DNA of 60,303 nucleotides from an uncultured Bacteroidales bacterium (GCA_947303735.1 CAMYZD010000001.1:1-60303), one strand, 5' to 3'; shown: positions 35,417-44,692, counted from the first letter of the stretch. A program made the numbers and translations. Notes: a model not told the origin generated them from the letters alone.

Positions 35417-35902
35417 ATGAAAGTTACAAAGTTAATCCTCCCTTTGCTCGCCGTGTTTATGTTGGCGACGGGCTGCACAAAAGAGTATTATGGCTCACAG
35501 ATTGAGACCTACCAGTTCAATGTGAACCCTGGCGATTGGTCGCGCAACCAAGGTCAGAATCTCCCAGGTGCCAACAACTACCTCTATTGCGAAAAAGCAA
35601 TCCCCGCTATCGACCAAAGCGTGTTCCAGAATGGCACCGTTCAGATGTACTGCTGGAATGTCTATGACAACATGAACAACCTGGGTGCATGGAACACCCT
35701 GCCTTTCGTCTACCCCCTCGAGATCTACGTGACCAACGACGAAGGCAACACTGAAATGATTGTTGTCCCTGAAAACCTCCGTTTTGAATGGGAGTTGGGC
35801 AAGGTGACCATCATCATCCAAGACCTCGATGGCTACGACCCCGAGAGCATGGAACTCGCCGGTCCCATCAGCTTCAAGGTCTGCGTAACCCGAAACATGT
35901 AA
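35417..35902 (+). CDS. Hypothetical lipoprotein
   Basis: 161 aa with the lipobox LATGC. No recognised motif. Confidence 0.6.
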   Translation: MKVTKLILPLLAVFMLATGCTKEYYGSQIETYQFNVNPGDWSRNQGQNLPGANNYLYCEKAIPAIDQSVFQNGTVQMYCWNVYDNMNNLGAWNTLPFVYPLEIYVTNDEGNTEMIVVPENLRFEWELGKVTIIIQDLDGYDPESMELAGPISFKVCVTRNM

Positions 35903-35919
35903 CAGATTTTACCTAACGA

Positions 35920-35954
35920 GAAAAGGGAGTCGCCCTATAGGTGGCTCCCTTTTC
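35920..35954. terminator. Bidirectional hairpin between the convergent lipoprotein gene and folD
   Basis: gaaaagggag (35920-35929) pairs with ctcccttttc (35945-35954). The loop contains the internal palindrome cctatagg. Confidence 0.7.
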
Positions 35955-35974
35955 TTATTATGAGGCTGAGACCG

Positions 35975-36856
35975 CTATTTGATTTTTAGCTGCCTCTTAT
36001 ATGCCTTCATGGTGTTCTCTAAGAGCGACACGATGGTCAGCGGTCCTACGCCGCCAGGGACGGGCGTCACCCAGCTGCACAGTTTGTCCACCTCGTCGTG
36101 CTTCACGTCGCCAATGATGCGATAACCGCTCTTCTTGCTCTCGTCGGGAATGCGGTGGATACCCACATCGATAACCACGGCTCCCTCTTTCACCATGTCG
36201 GCCGTGACCATCTCGGGCTTGCCGATGGCCACCACCAAAATGTCGGCTTGACGGGTCAAGTCGGCCATGTTCTTCGTCTTGCTATGGCATATAGTCACCG
36301 TGCAGTCAAATCCCTTGCGCGAAAGCAGGTTGGCAACCGGGGTGCCTACGATGTTGCTACGCCCCATCACCACGCAATGCTTACCCGCCGTCTCTACGTT
36401 GTAGCGTTTCAGCAGGGTGCAGATGCCCATCGGGGTGGCAGGGATGAAGGCTTCCTCGCCCAGCACCATGCGACCTACATTGATGGCCGTGAATCCGTCC
36501 ACGTCCTTATCGGGCGAGATGGCATTGATAATGTGCTGCTCGTTGATGTGTTTGGGTAGGGGTAGCTGGACGATGAATCCGTCGATCTCGTTGTCGTTGT
36601 TCAGAAAGTCGATAGTCTGCAGCAGCTCTTTTTCTGAAATATTCTCTGGAAGCCGGTAGACCGATGAAATGAAACCCACCTCGTGGCTCGACTTCTCTTT
36701 GTTGGCAACATAGGTCTGGCTTGCGCCGTCGTTGCCCACAATCACAGCCGCCAGGTGTGGGGGACGATGCCCTTGGGCGGTCAGCTGACGCACCTCATTG
36801 GCTATTTCCTCTTTTATCTGCAGGGACAGTGCCTTGCCGTCAAGTTGTTGGAACAT
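35975..36856 (-). CDS. folD: Bifunctional methylenetetrahydrofolate dehydrogenase / methenyl-THF cyclohydrolase
   Basis: 293 aa with YVANKEK, GFIVQLPLP, GRSNIVG and PVPGGVGP motifs. Confidence 0.95.
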   Translation of the reverse strand: MFQQLDGKALSLQIKEEIANEVRQLTAQGHRPPHLAAVIVGNDGASQTYVANKEKSSHEVGFISSVYRLPENISEKELLQTIDFLNNDNEIDGFIVQLPLPKHINEQHIINAISPDKDVDGFTAINVGRMVLGEEAFIPATPMGICTLLKRYNVETAGKHCVVMGRSNIVGTPVANLLSRKGFDCTVTICHSKTKNMADLTRQADILVVAIGKPEMVTADMVKEGAVVIDVGIHRIPDESKKSGYRIIGDVKHDEVDKLCSWVTPVPGGVGPLTIVSLLENTMKAYKRQLKIK

Positions 36857-36895
36857 GTGATTATTTAGTTTGAATGATTGATTGCTTGGTATTAA

Positions 36896-38218
36896 TTATC
36901 TTCTCCGGCGGGGCATCTGGGGCATACGTCCCTTGGTGCTCACCGACTTCATCATCTTGCGAGTCTCCTCAAATTGCTTAAGGAAGCGGTTCAGCTCTTG
37001 GATGCTGCGGCCGCTTCCGGCGGCAATGCGCTGCTTGCGGCTGCCGTTGAGGCAGCTGGGGTGGCGTCTCTCATAGGGGGTCATGCTCCCTATCATCGAC
37101 TCGATGGGCTTGAAGGCATCGTCGCCTATCTCCACATTCTTGGTCAGCTTGTCCATACCGGGTATCATGCCGATAAGTTCCTTCATGCTGCCCATCTTTT
37201 TGATTTGCCCCACCTGCGAGAGGAAGTCCTCGAAGTTATATTCGTTGTGGATAAGTTTCTTCTGTATCTTGCGGGCCTCCTCCTCGTCGTATTGCTCTTG
37301 GGCTCTCTCCACCAGCGACACCACGTCGCCCATGCCGAGTATACGGCTTGCCATACGGTCGGGGTGGAACACATCCAAGGCATCCATCTTCTCGCCCACA
37401 CCCACAAACTTGATGGGCTTCTGCACCGCGTAGCGGATGGTCAGGGCGGCACCGCCGCGGGTATCGCCGTCGAGTTTCGTCAGCACCACGCCGTCGAAGT
37501 CGATGCGCTCATTAAAGGCCTTGGCCGTGTTCACTGCGTCTTGGCCTGTCATCGAGTCAACCACGAAGAGGGTTTCTTGCGGATGCAGGTTCTCTTTGAG
37601 ACTCGAGATCTCGTCCATCATCTGCTCGTCTACGGCCAGACGACCTGCCGTATCGACAATGACCACGTTGTAGCCCCTCATCTTTGCCTCGCGGATAGCC
37701 TTTTGGGCAATATCTACGGGGTTGGTGTTCCCCTCCTCGGTAAACACCGGCACCGATATCTGCTGTCCAAGCGTCTGCAACTGGCTGATAGCAGCAGGAC
37801 GGTACACGTCGCCTGCCACCAGCATCACGGTCTTGTTCTTCTTGTTCTTGATATAGTGAGCCAGCTTGGCACTGAAAGTGGTCTTACCCGAACCCTGCAG
37901 GCCCGCTATCAGCACCACGGCCGGACTGCCTTTCACGTTGATATCCACTGCTTCGCTGCCCATTAGCTCGGTCAGCTTCTCATGCACTATTTTCACCATC
38001 AACTGGCCCGGCTCGATGCTTTGGATCACATTCCTTCCCAGCGCCTCGGCCTTCACTTTGTCGGTAAATTCTTTGGCTATCGGATAACTCACATCCGCGT
38101 CAAGCAGTGCCTTGCGCACCTCCTTGACGGTCTCGGCAATGTTAATATCGGTGATTTTGCCCTTGCCACGAAGCGTATGTAACGCTTTCTCAATCTTACT
38201 ACTAATACTTTCAAACAT
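36896..38218 (-). CDS. ffh: Signal recognition particle protein Ffh
   Basis: Has GLQGSGKTT, DTAGR and TKLDGD GTPase motifs and a Met-rich M domain. I start it at ATG 38218 (MFESISSKIEKAL). Confidence 0.96.
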   Translation of the reverse strand: MFESISSKIEKALHTLRGKGKITDINIAETVKEVRKALLDADVSYPIAKEFTDKVKAEALGRNVIQSIEPGQLMVKIVHEKLTELMGSEAVDINVKGSPAVVLIAGLQGSGKTTFSAKLAHYIKNKKNKTVMLVAGDVYRPAAISQLQTLGQQISVPVFTEEGNTNPVDIAQKAIREAKMRGYNVVIVDTAGRLAVDEQMMDEISSLKENLHPQETLFVVDSMTGQDAVNTAKAFNERIDFDGVVLTKLDGDTRGGAALTIRYAVQKPIKFVGVGEKMDALDVFHPDRMASRILGMGDVVSLVERAQEQYDEEEARKIQKKLIHNEYNFEDFLSQVGQIKKMGSMKELIGMIPGMDKLTKNVEIGDDAFKPIESMIGSMTPYERRHPSCLNGSRKQRIAAGSGRSIQELNRFLKQFEETRKMMKSVSTKGRMPQMPRRRR

Positions 38219-38245
38219 AACTTTTCGGCACAATATTTTAAATTG

Positions 38246-38253
38246 CAAATTTA
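38246..38253 (-). promoter_or_regulatory. Candidate -7 box (TAAATTTG) for ffh
   Basis: Plus-strand caaattta, 28 nt upstream of the ATG at 38218. It lies inside the longer ORF-track version, which supports the shorter gene. Confidence 0.45.
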
Positions 38254-38284
38254 CATTATTTTTTCCATTTGGGCAAATTTTTAT

Positions 38285-38306
38285 CCCAAATCGGTCTTAG
38301 GTTTTT
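38285..38306 (+). repeat. Degenerate copy of the AATCGGTCATTAGG..CTTTT cassette
   Basis: cccaaatcggtcttaggttttt. Compare with 40292-40318 and 54725-54752. Confidence 0.6.
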
Positions 38307-38668
38307 CCCCTTCGTCCTCATTGCCTTGGCATAAGTGATTCTCCTCCACCTCCCTGCCTTCGTCTTCCTGACCCCTTGAGCTCGGTTTGCCAGGGCAGCT
38401 AAGCCTTGCCTATACCCCTTGTTTGCTCGTTGTGCGATTGTTTTTTGTCACTTATTCGTTTAGATAAACGATAAATTGGTGTTATTTGATTGAGTATTAG
38501 TGAAATATACTCTGAAGGCACGATGCGTGGAAGCAGGCTTTAGCCCAAATCGTTTATTAAGTGTATCCAAAATCGCATACAGCCATCAATATTGCCTATC
38601 CGTATGTCGGAAGAGTTAAAAATGTGTCAAAAAAGGTAGGATTGTTTGCATTTGTCGGGGAAAGTTGG

Positions 38669-38676
38669 TAGTTTTG
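38669..38676 (+). promoter_or_regulatory. Candidate -7 box (TAGTTTTG) for T9SS cargo gene B
   Basis: 54 nt upstream of the ATG at 38730. It lies inside the ORF-track extension that starts at 38646. Confidence 0.45.
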
Positions 38677-38729
38677 CAGAGCAAAACAAAAGTATTATTG
38701 ATAAATTGTCATCTAAGAATAAGACGTTT

Positions 38730-40262
38730 ATGAAAAAAATACCATTATTACTCATTGTTTTAAGTATGTCCACTGCTATGTTTGGGCAAGTGGTGACTTA
38801 TGGGGATTCGAACTATCTGTTTCATCACTTACCCCAAAATCCTCCAATATTTGATGATGACTATGCTAAAATATATGCAATATACCATATTTATGACTGT
38901 GAGGATGTTCGCTTCGTATCCGAATATGGCCAAATGTACGCCATAGACTCTCTGGAAAGTATCTACGGCATAGCATTTGTTGGTGATACGTTACTGCAAT
39001 CGAGGACTCGCAACCAAACGGTATCTGCGACATTGTGTCTGTATGTCAAACATGCAGGGTCGAACAGCCTTGTGCCTCTCGACTCCATAGTGATGGACGT
39101 CACCATGCCCCACGAGAGAAAGTTTGTATACCAGGCGGTGGACTCAACGACCAACACCCTGATGGTCGACACTGTCCCCGTGTACGAAAGGCTGTTCGCA
39201 TTCGACTGGGCGGTGGAGCCGGGCGACTCGATCATGATATCGCTCAAAGGCGCGCCGGAAATCAAAGACAATCCCCCCATCCGAGGGGATTGTATTTTGG
39301 GATTCTACCAACGGCTTCTTAGACCTGGTCCCGACTTCAGACTACTAGAGATGGGACCTTGGGGTACCTATGATTGCAGACAAACCGACCAACCAATTTT
39401 CCCCATCCGCCACAGGGCATGTCCGAGGGTGGAATCCGTGAGGGTGGACAGCGTGGACGGGACCCGGATGTGGTTATCGTGGTCGCCAGTGGACACGGCG
39501 AGCCGCTACCGTCTGGAGTACGGGCCAGAGGGGTTCTACTACGGCGGAGGCGTATACAGCAGCGGCACGGTGGTGGAAGGCATCACCGACACCTCGTATG
39601 TAGTCAGCGGGCTACTGAGCAACACGGTTTACACGTTCCATGTGAGCGCCTACTGCCCGACGATGAAGCAGTACGGCATGGCCGGCTATGCCATGGGGCT
39701 GACCAACGACGTGGTTTATTGCCCCGCTGCCGAGGGCCTCAGAATAGAGAAAAAGCTGTCCGACGGGGTGCGGCTGGTATGGGACACGCTGCCTGAACAG
39801 ACGAACTTTGAGCTATACGTGAGGCGTGAAGGCATGGAGGCGATATACCTGATGCCCGACTCGAACCCCTACGAACTGAGGGGGCTGGACGAGGAGGTGG
39901 CGTATAACGTGGCACTCCGTGCGGAGTGCCGACACCAATGTGCGATCCACGACACGCTGACGTGGGGCCCATGGGGACCGCTAGTTCGATTTACCCTGGA
40001 GCATGTCGGCATCGGCGGGCTGCGCGAGGACGGCCTCCGTGCCACCGTCATACCCAATCCCGCCCACGGATATGTGACCGTGGCGAGAGACGGGGACGAG
40101 GGCACCATTGCCATCACCGACGTGACGGGCAGGGTGGTGATGAACGAGAGGCCCGTGGCCGACGGCGAACGGGTGGACGTCTCAGCCCTGCGCGCGGGCA
40201 TCTACTTCGTGACCCTGACATCGCCCCGTGGCTCCACCACGGTAAAGTTGGCGGTGGAGTAG
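38730..40262 (+). CDS. T9SS-sorted secreted protein with two Fn3-like domains, paralog B
   Basis: Has the signal peptide MKKIPLLLIVLSMSTAMFGQ and the C-terminal sorting domain VIPNPAHGYVTV...IAITDVTGRVV...GIYFVTLTSPRGSTTVKLAVE. Confidence 0.8.
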   Translation: MKKIPLLLIVLSMSTAMFGQVVTYGDSNYLFHHLPQNPPIFDDDYAKIYAIYHIYDCEDVRFVSEYGQMYAIDSLESIYGIAFVGDTLLQSRTRNQTVSATLCLYVKHAGSNSLVPLDSIVMDVTMPHERKFVYQAVDSTTNTLMVDTVPVYERLFAFDWAVEPGDSIMISLKGAPEIKDNPPIRGDCILGFYQRLLRPGPDFRLLEMGPWGTYDCRQTDQPIFPIRHRACPRVESVRVDSVDGTRMWLSWSPVDTASRYRLEYGPEGFYYGGGVYSSGTVVEGITDTSYVVSGLLSNTVYTFHVSAYCPTMKQYGMAGYAMGLTNDVVYCPAAEGLRIEKKLSDGVRLVWDTLPEQTNFELYVRREGMEAIYLMPDSNPYELRGLDEEVAYNVALRAECRHQCAIHDTLTWGPWGPLVRFTLEHVGIGGLREDGLRATVIPNPAHGYVTVARDGDEGTIAITDVTGRVVMNERPVADGERVDVSALRAGIYFVTLTSPRGSTTVKLAVE

Positions 40263-40291
40263 TCTGTACCAACATGTCGTACGGCTTTTAA

Positions 40292-40318
40292 CCCCAATCG
40301 GTCATTAGGTCGACTTTT
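40292..40318 (+). terminator. Conserved terminator-like cassette (copy B)
   Basis: ccccaatcggtcattaggtcgactttt. It folds as the stem tcggtc/ggtcga (two G.U pairs) with an ATTA loop, then C-TTTT. It starts 30 nt after the stop of the upstream gene. Confidence 0.5.
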
Positions 40319-40340
40319 CAATCAAATAATACCTCAACCC

Positions 40341-42398
40341 ATGAAAAAAATTGCCATAATTGTTTGTTTTATAGGACTGGTTGTGATGGATGGGAGTGTA
40401 GAAGCCCAGGGGCTGTTTGGCGGCAGGAAGCGCAATAAGGCACGCATCGAGCGTGCGGCCAAGAAAAAAACGGGAACACTGCCCATAATGGTGAAGGGTG
40501 AAAAGTTTGAGATGGTGTTGGTGCGAGGCGGCTCGTATATGATGGGGTGTGACCCCGAGTTTTGGGGCACTTCGGTAAGCCCATATTCAAATAGATTCTT
40601 TTATGGCGTAAACAAGGGTACTTCGGTGCTGGACAGCAAGGAGAGGGGCAAGAACGACGAGGTGCCCCGTCACGGCGTGTCCGTGGGCAGTTTCTATATG
40701 GGGCGCTACGAGGTGACGCAGGCGTTGTGGAAGGCTGTGATGGGCTACAACCCGTCGAACTTTGTGGGCGACGAGCTGCCTGTGGAGCAGGTGAGTTTCG
40801 ATGAGGTGCAGACCTTTATCACGCGGCTGCGGGAGTTGACGGGGCTGCCTTTCCGTCTGCCTACGGAGGCGGAGTGGGAGTATGCTGCCCGAGGGGGTGC
40901 GGAGGCGAAGAGCACAACGTATGCAGGGTCGAACGAGTTGATGCATGTGTCGTGGACACAGCTTAATAGCGGCGATTCTACCCACATAGTGGGAGGATTG
41001 GTGCCCAACGAGTTGGGATTGTATGATATGACGGGCAATGTGTGGGAGTGGTGCAGCGACTGGTATGCCGACGACACTTACGCATGGGATGTGGCATCGC
41101 ACTATGACGTTCCCGCCAGAGTGAAAAGCCGACAGGATTTATATCAGTATTGGGTGGATATAGGCGAGGAGCGTAATATCTTGGAGAGCATCGACGAAAC
41201 CGTCTCGCCCAAGGGACCCACCAGCGGGACGACAAAGGTGGGCCGAGGAGGCTCGTGGGCTGATGTGAAGGAGGATGTGAGGGTGTCGTATCGCAACTTT
41301 TGGCAGCCTAATATGCGGTTGAGTGTGTTGGGATTTAGGCTGGCGTTGTCGGCCGACAGTGTGCCTGCGTCGGGGTGGATGCCTAACCAGTATGTGTTGG
41401 ATTCGTTGGTGGGAGGGAAGGCATACTCGTCGATGACATCGGAGGGTGTCGCACGGCAGGCCAATGGTGTGTTGGAGGGGGCGTTCAGCGTGTCGCCTAC
41501 ACGGCAGGTGCGTTTCTCGAAGGGCAACCTGCAGTACAATGCGGTGGCAGACCAGTGGCGTTTTGCCGAAAGGCAGTACGACATTATCGGATTGGACAAT
41601 GTGGAATACGGTAAGCATTATGCGGGGTGGATTGACTTGTTTTCCTTTGGCACGAGTGGCTATCACAATAAGTCGCCCTACTATTATTCGGCTCAAAATG
41701 CCAGCTATGGCAATGGCAACCGCAATATCGACAGGACGAGCTATGATTGGGGCGTTTACAACGCTATCAGCAATGGCGGCAACCGTGTGGGGCAGTGGAG
41801 GACGCTGTCGGTGAACGAGTGGGCGTATATGTTGATGCGTCGGCCTAATGCGGAGAAGCTGATGTCGCCCGCCTCTATAAACGGCCACCAAGGAATGCTG
41901 CTGCTGCCCGACGACTGGCTTGAAACGGGAGGCGACACACTGCGTGAAGGGGTGGTGTATCTGTTCAGTACAAAGCAGTGGGGTGTGATGGAACGTGCAG
42001 GGGCGGTGTTTTTGCCGTGTGCGGGGTATGCTAAGATGATGTGCTACTATTATGCTGTGCCATTGCCTGGGCAGGTGGAGACGTTGATACCCATGTTCAA
42101 CACTGGGCTAGGACATAGTCTGGGTAGGCTTGCGTCTGCCAGCATGATGCCGGAAGAGGCAGAGCAGGCCGAAGGGGGAGGACTCATGAATGACACCCAG
42201 GCAAGGTGGGAGGCGTTGAAAAACTACCGTCCGCCGGTGGAGAGTGATGAGGGTTTAGGGTATTATTGGACAACTATCCATTACAACGAGGAGACGGCAC
42301 TGGGCTATTGTTTCACTTCGGAAAAGCGGGGCTATATCATACCTTTAGAGCGGCTGACGCGTATGTCGGTGCGCCTGGTGCAGGACGTGGGGAATTGA
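40341..42398 (+). CDS. Secreted FGE/SUMF1-domain protein with a lectin-like C-terminal half, paralog B
   Basis: 685 aa and collinear with paralog A. The two share the identical block GLVPNELGLYDMTGNVWEWCSDWY and also RLPTEAEWEYAARGG, GRGGSW, GFRLALS, GYYWTTIHY and SVRLVQDV. Confidence 0.8.
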   Translation: MKKIAIIVCFIGLVVMDGSVEAQGLFGGRKRNKARIERAAKKKTGTLPIMVKGEKFEMVLVRGGSYMMGCDPEFWGTSVSPYSNRFFYGVNKGTSVLDSKERGKNDEVPRHGVSVGSFYMGRYEVTQALWKAVMGYNPSNFVGDELPVEQVSFDEVQTFITRLRELTGLPFRLPTEAEWEYAARGGAEAKSTTYAGSNELMHVSWTQLNSGDSTHIVGGLVPNELGLYDMTGNVWEWCSDWYADDTYAWDVASHYDVPARVKSRQDLYQYWVDIGEERNILESIDETVSPKGPTSGTTKVGRGGSWADVKEDVRVSYRNFWQPNMRLSVLGFRLALSADSVPASGWMPNQYVLDSLVGGKAYSSMTSEGVARQANGVLEGAFSVSPTRQVRFSKGNLQYNAVADQWRFAERQYDIIGLDNVEYGKHYAGWIDLFSFGTSGYHNKSPYYYSAQNASYGNGNRNIDRTSYDWGVYNAISNGGNRVGQWRTLSVNEWAYMLMRRPNAEKLMSPASINGHQGMLLLPDDWLETGGDTLREGVVYLFSTKQWGVMERAGAVFLPCAGYAKMMCYYYAVPLPGQVETLIPMFNTGLGHSLGRLASASMMPEEAEQAEGGGLMNDTQARWEALKNYRPPVESDEGLGYYWTTIHYNEETALGYCFTSEKRGYIIPLERLTRMSVRLVQDVGN

Positions 42399-42422
42399 AA
42401 AGTGAAAATTGAAAATTGAAAA
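42395..42422 (+). repeat. Heptad array, 4 units (ttgaaaa gtgaaaa ttgaaaa ttgaaaa)
   Basis: Exact 7-bp phasing. The first unit contains the TGA stop (42396-42398) of the FGE paralog B gene. Confidence 0.95.
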
Positions 42423-42435
42423 ATGGCTGGCGCGG

Positions 42436-42498
42436 TCATTTGTCATTTGTCAATTCACTATTCACTATTCACTAATCACGATTCACATTTCACTTTTT
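42436..42498 (-). repeat. Heptad array, 9 units (plus strand: tcatttg tcatttg tcaattc actattc actattc actaatc acgattc acatttc acttttt)
   Basis: Exact 7-bp phasing. Read on the minus strand the units are GTGAAWW/TTGACAA-like, so this array is in inverted orientation relative to 42395-42422. Confidence 0.9.
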
Positions 42499-42502
42499 TT
42501 CG

Positions 42503-42510
42503 TATATTTG
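42503..42510 (+). promoter_or_regulatory. Candidate -7 box (TATATTTG) for the GH3 gene
   Basis: 26 nt upstream of the ATG at 42536. Confidence 0.45.
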
Positions 42511-42535
42511 CATTTTGTAAACTAAGTGGCAGATT

Positions 42536-44656
42536 ATGAAGAAAGGTTTGATTATTATCGTATTGGCTGTTTTGCTGGGTGGGGTTACTCCCGTATTGGG
42601 ACAGGATTTCCCCTTTCAAGATACGCGCTTGTCGGTTGCCGAGAGGGTGGAAGACTTGCTGTCGCGGCTGACGTTGGACGAGAAGTTGTCGCTGATGCAA
42701 CACCGCAATCCAGCCATCCCTTCGCTGGGGTTGCCCGCCTACAGTTGGTGGAACGAGGCCCTGCACGGCGTGGGGCGCAACGGACTGGCCACGGTGTGGC
42801 CGATGCCCATCGCGCTGGCAGCTACGTTCGACGACTGGATGGTGCGGCAGGTGTTTGCCGACGTGACATTCGAGGCGCGGTGGAAGTATCTGGAAGCGGC
42901 ACACGACACTGCTTCGACTATGGCAAAAGAACCTACCGACTATACGGGACTTACCTTTTTTACGCCCAATATCAATATCTTCCGTGACCCTCGCTGGGGG
43001 CGCGGCATGGAGACTTACGGTGAGGATCCCTTTCTGACGGCACGCATGGGCTTGGCGTGTGTGAATGGCCTGCAACATAACTACGACTTTTCGTTGACGG
43101 GAAAGGTGGATATGGAGCATTTGACGGCGGCAGCATGCCTGAAGCATTTGGCAGTGCACAGCGGCCCCGAGGGGGTGAGACACGAGTTTGACTCACGGGT
43201 GAGTCCGCGCGACCTGTGGACTACCTATCTCCCTGCTTTTGAATATATCATCAAGAATAGCGACGTGCAGCAGGTGATGTGCGGCTACAACCGGTTGAAC
43301 GGTGAGCCATGCTGTACCAATAAAGAGTTGCTGGTCGACATATTGCGCAACAAGTGGCATTACGACGGCTTGTTGGTGACAGACTGCTGGGCGCTGAACG
43401 ATTGTTGGGAGCGCGACACCGTTATTCCCCGCCACAAGACCCATGCCTCGGCAGCCCTCACGGCAGGCGACGCCTTCGGCAGCGAGGTGGACTTGGAGTG
43501 TGGCAGCGGGTTGGCGGCACTAAAGACGGCGGTAGACTCAGGCTATGTGCGAGAGGAGGTGATAAACCAGCATGTCCGCCGCATACTGAGCACTAGGTTG
43601 CGGGTGATGGAATTGAGTCCCACGGGTGATATTGTCCCAAGTGGTATCGACCCAATGTATGTTGCATCGCAGAGCTTGGTGCTACTAAAGAACGAGAATC
43701 ATTTGTTGCCCCTTCAGCAGGGGACGACCAAGATATATTTGGCAGGACCCAATGCCGAGGATACCTTGATGCCGCTGGGTAACTATAATGGCACTCCGGC
43801 CCATACGGTGAGCCTCCGTGAAGGATTGGGCGAGCTTTTTCAGTTGGTCGACAATCCGAAACAGGCCGACGTGATAGTGTATGCTGGAGGATTGAACCCT
43901 CAGTTGGAAGGGGAGGAGTTGCCTGTGGATATGCCAGGTTTCTACAAAGGCGACCGCACCCGAATAGAGTTGCCTAACGACCAGCAGAAGGAGATACGAC
44001 GTTTGCGGCGGAAACATAAACCTATGGTGCTGCTTCTGTGTAGTGGTAGCGCGGTGGCTTTGGACAAACATGCGCTGCGGTGCGACGCCATCATGGAGTG
44101 CTGGTATGGAGGCGAGGCGATGGGTATGGCCGTGGCCGCCTCTTTGGCTGGCTATTATGATAATTTCGGACGCCTGCCCGTCACATTCTATAAAAGTACT
44201 CAGCAACTACCGTCCTTCGACAGTTACGACATGCAAGGACGCACCTACCGCTATATGACCCAGGCACCGCTGTATTCTTTTGGCTACGGATTGGATTATG
44301 CTTCCTATAGGATAGGAAAGGTGCAGTATGAGGGTGGCAAGGTGTGTGGCGAGGTGAAAATGGTGGAGTCGCCCCGTGTGAAACCTCACGGGTCGAGTCA
44401 TACGGTGGTGGAGGTCTATCTTCGGGGAGCAGAGGGTAGCGGCGAACCTCTCAAGCAGCTGGTCGGTTTCCAGAAGGTGGCTGTCGGAGAGAATGGCACT
44501 CAGCAGTTTGAGATAGCTATCGATCCCTATTGGCTGCGGATGTTCGATGAGGAAACACAAGAGATTGTTCCGATACCTGCAGGCAGCGAGATTACGCTGC
44601 TGGTAGGGTTCAGCAGCGCGGACAAAGACTTGGTTGAATTAAAAATTAAATTATAA
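42536..44656 (+). CDS. Glycoside hydrolase family 3 (beta-glucosidase/beta-xylosidase-like)
   Basis: 706 aa with a signal peptide. Has GH3 N-terminal-domain motifs (NIFRDPRWGRGMETYGEDP, KHLAVHSGPE, VTDCWAL) and the C-terminal sandwich/Fn3-like region. Confidence 0.9.
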   Translation: MKKGLIIIVLAVLLGGVTPVLGQDFPFQDTRLSVAERVEDLLSRLTLDEKLSLMQHRNPAIPSLGLPAYSWWNEALHGVGRNGLATVWPMPIALAATFDDWMVRQVFADVTFEARWKYLEAAHDTASTMAKEPTDYTGLTFFTPNINIFRDPRWGRGMETYGEDPFLTARMGLACVNGLQHNYDFSLTGKVDMEHLTAAACLKHLAVHSGPEGVRHEFDSRVSPRDLWTTYLPAFEYIIKNSDVQQVMCGYNRLNGEPCCTNKELLVDILRNKWHYDGLLVTDCWALNDCWERDTVIPRHKTHASAALTAGDAFGSEVDLECGSGLAALKTAVDSGYVREEVINQHVRRILSTRLRVMELSPTGDIVPSGIDPMYVASQSLVLLKNENHLLPLQQGTTKIYLAGPNAEDTLMPLGNYNGTPAHTVSLREGLGELFQLVDNPKQADVIVYAGGLNPQLEGEELPVDMPGFYKGDRTRIELPNDQQKEIRRLRRKHKPMVLLLCSGSAVALDKHALRCDAIMECWYGGEAMGMAVAASLAGYYDNFGRLPVTFYKSTQQLPSFDSYDMQGRTYRYMTQAPLYSFGYGLDYASYRIGKVQYEGGKVCGEVKMVESPRVKPHGSSHTVVEVYLRGAEGSGEPLKQLVGFQKVAVGENGTQQFEIAIDPYWLRMFDEETQEIVPIPAGSEITLLVGFSSADKDLVELKIKL

Positions 44657-44692
44657 ACTAGTCGGACTAGTCCGACCAGTCCGACTAGTCTG
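44657..44692. repeat. Tandem 9-bp array, 4 units (actagtcgg actagtccg accagtccg actagtctg)
   Basis: It starts on the base after the TAA stop (44654-44656). It contains the perfect 16-bp palindrome gtcggactagtccgac (44661-44676) and is followed by A7. Confidence 0.95.

Noticed and set aside
38300-38420. An SRP (4.5S) RNA upstream of ffh, suggested by the minus-strand purine-rich GGTCAGGAAGACGAAGGCAGG, which resembles the domain IV motif.
   Set aside because: The region is almost purely pyrimidine on one strand and so cannot form the required long hairpin. The similarity to the GGUCC-GGAA-GGAAGCAGCC core is only partial.
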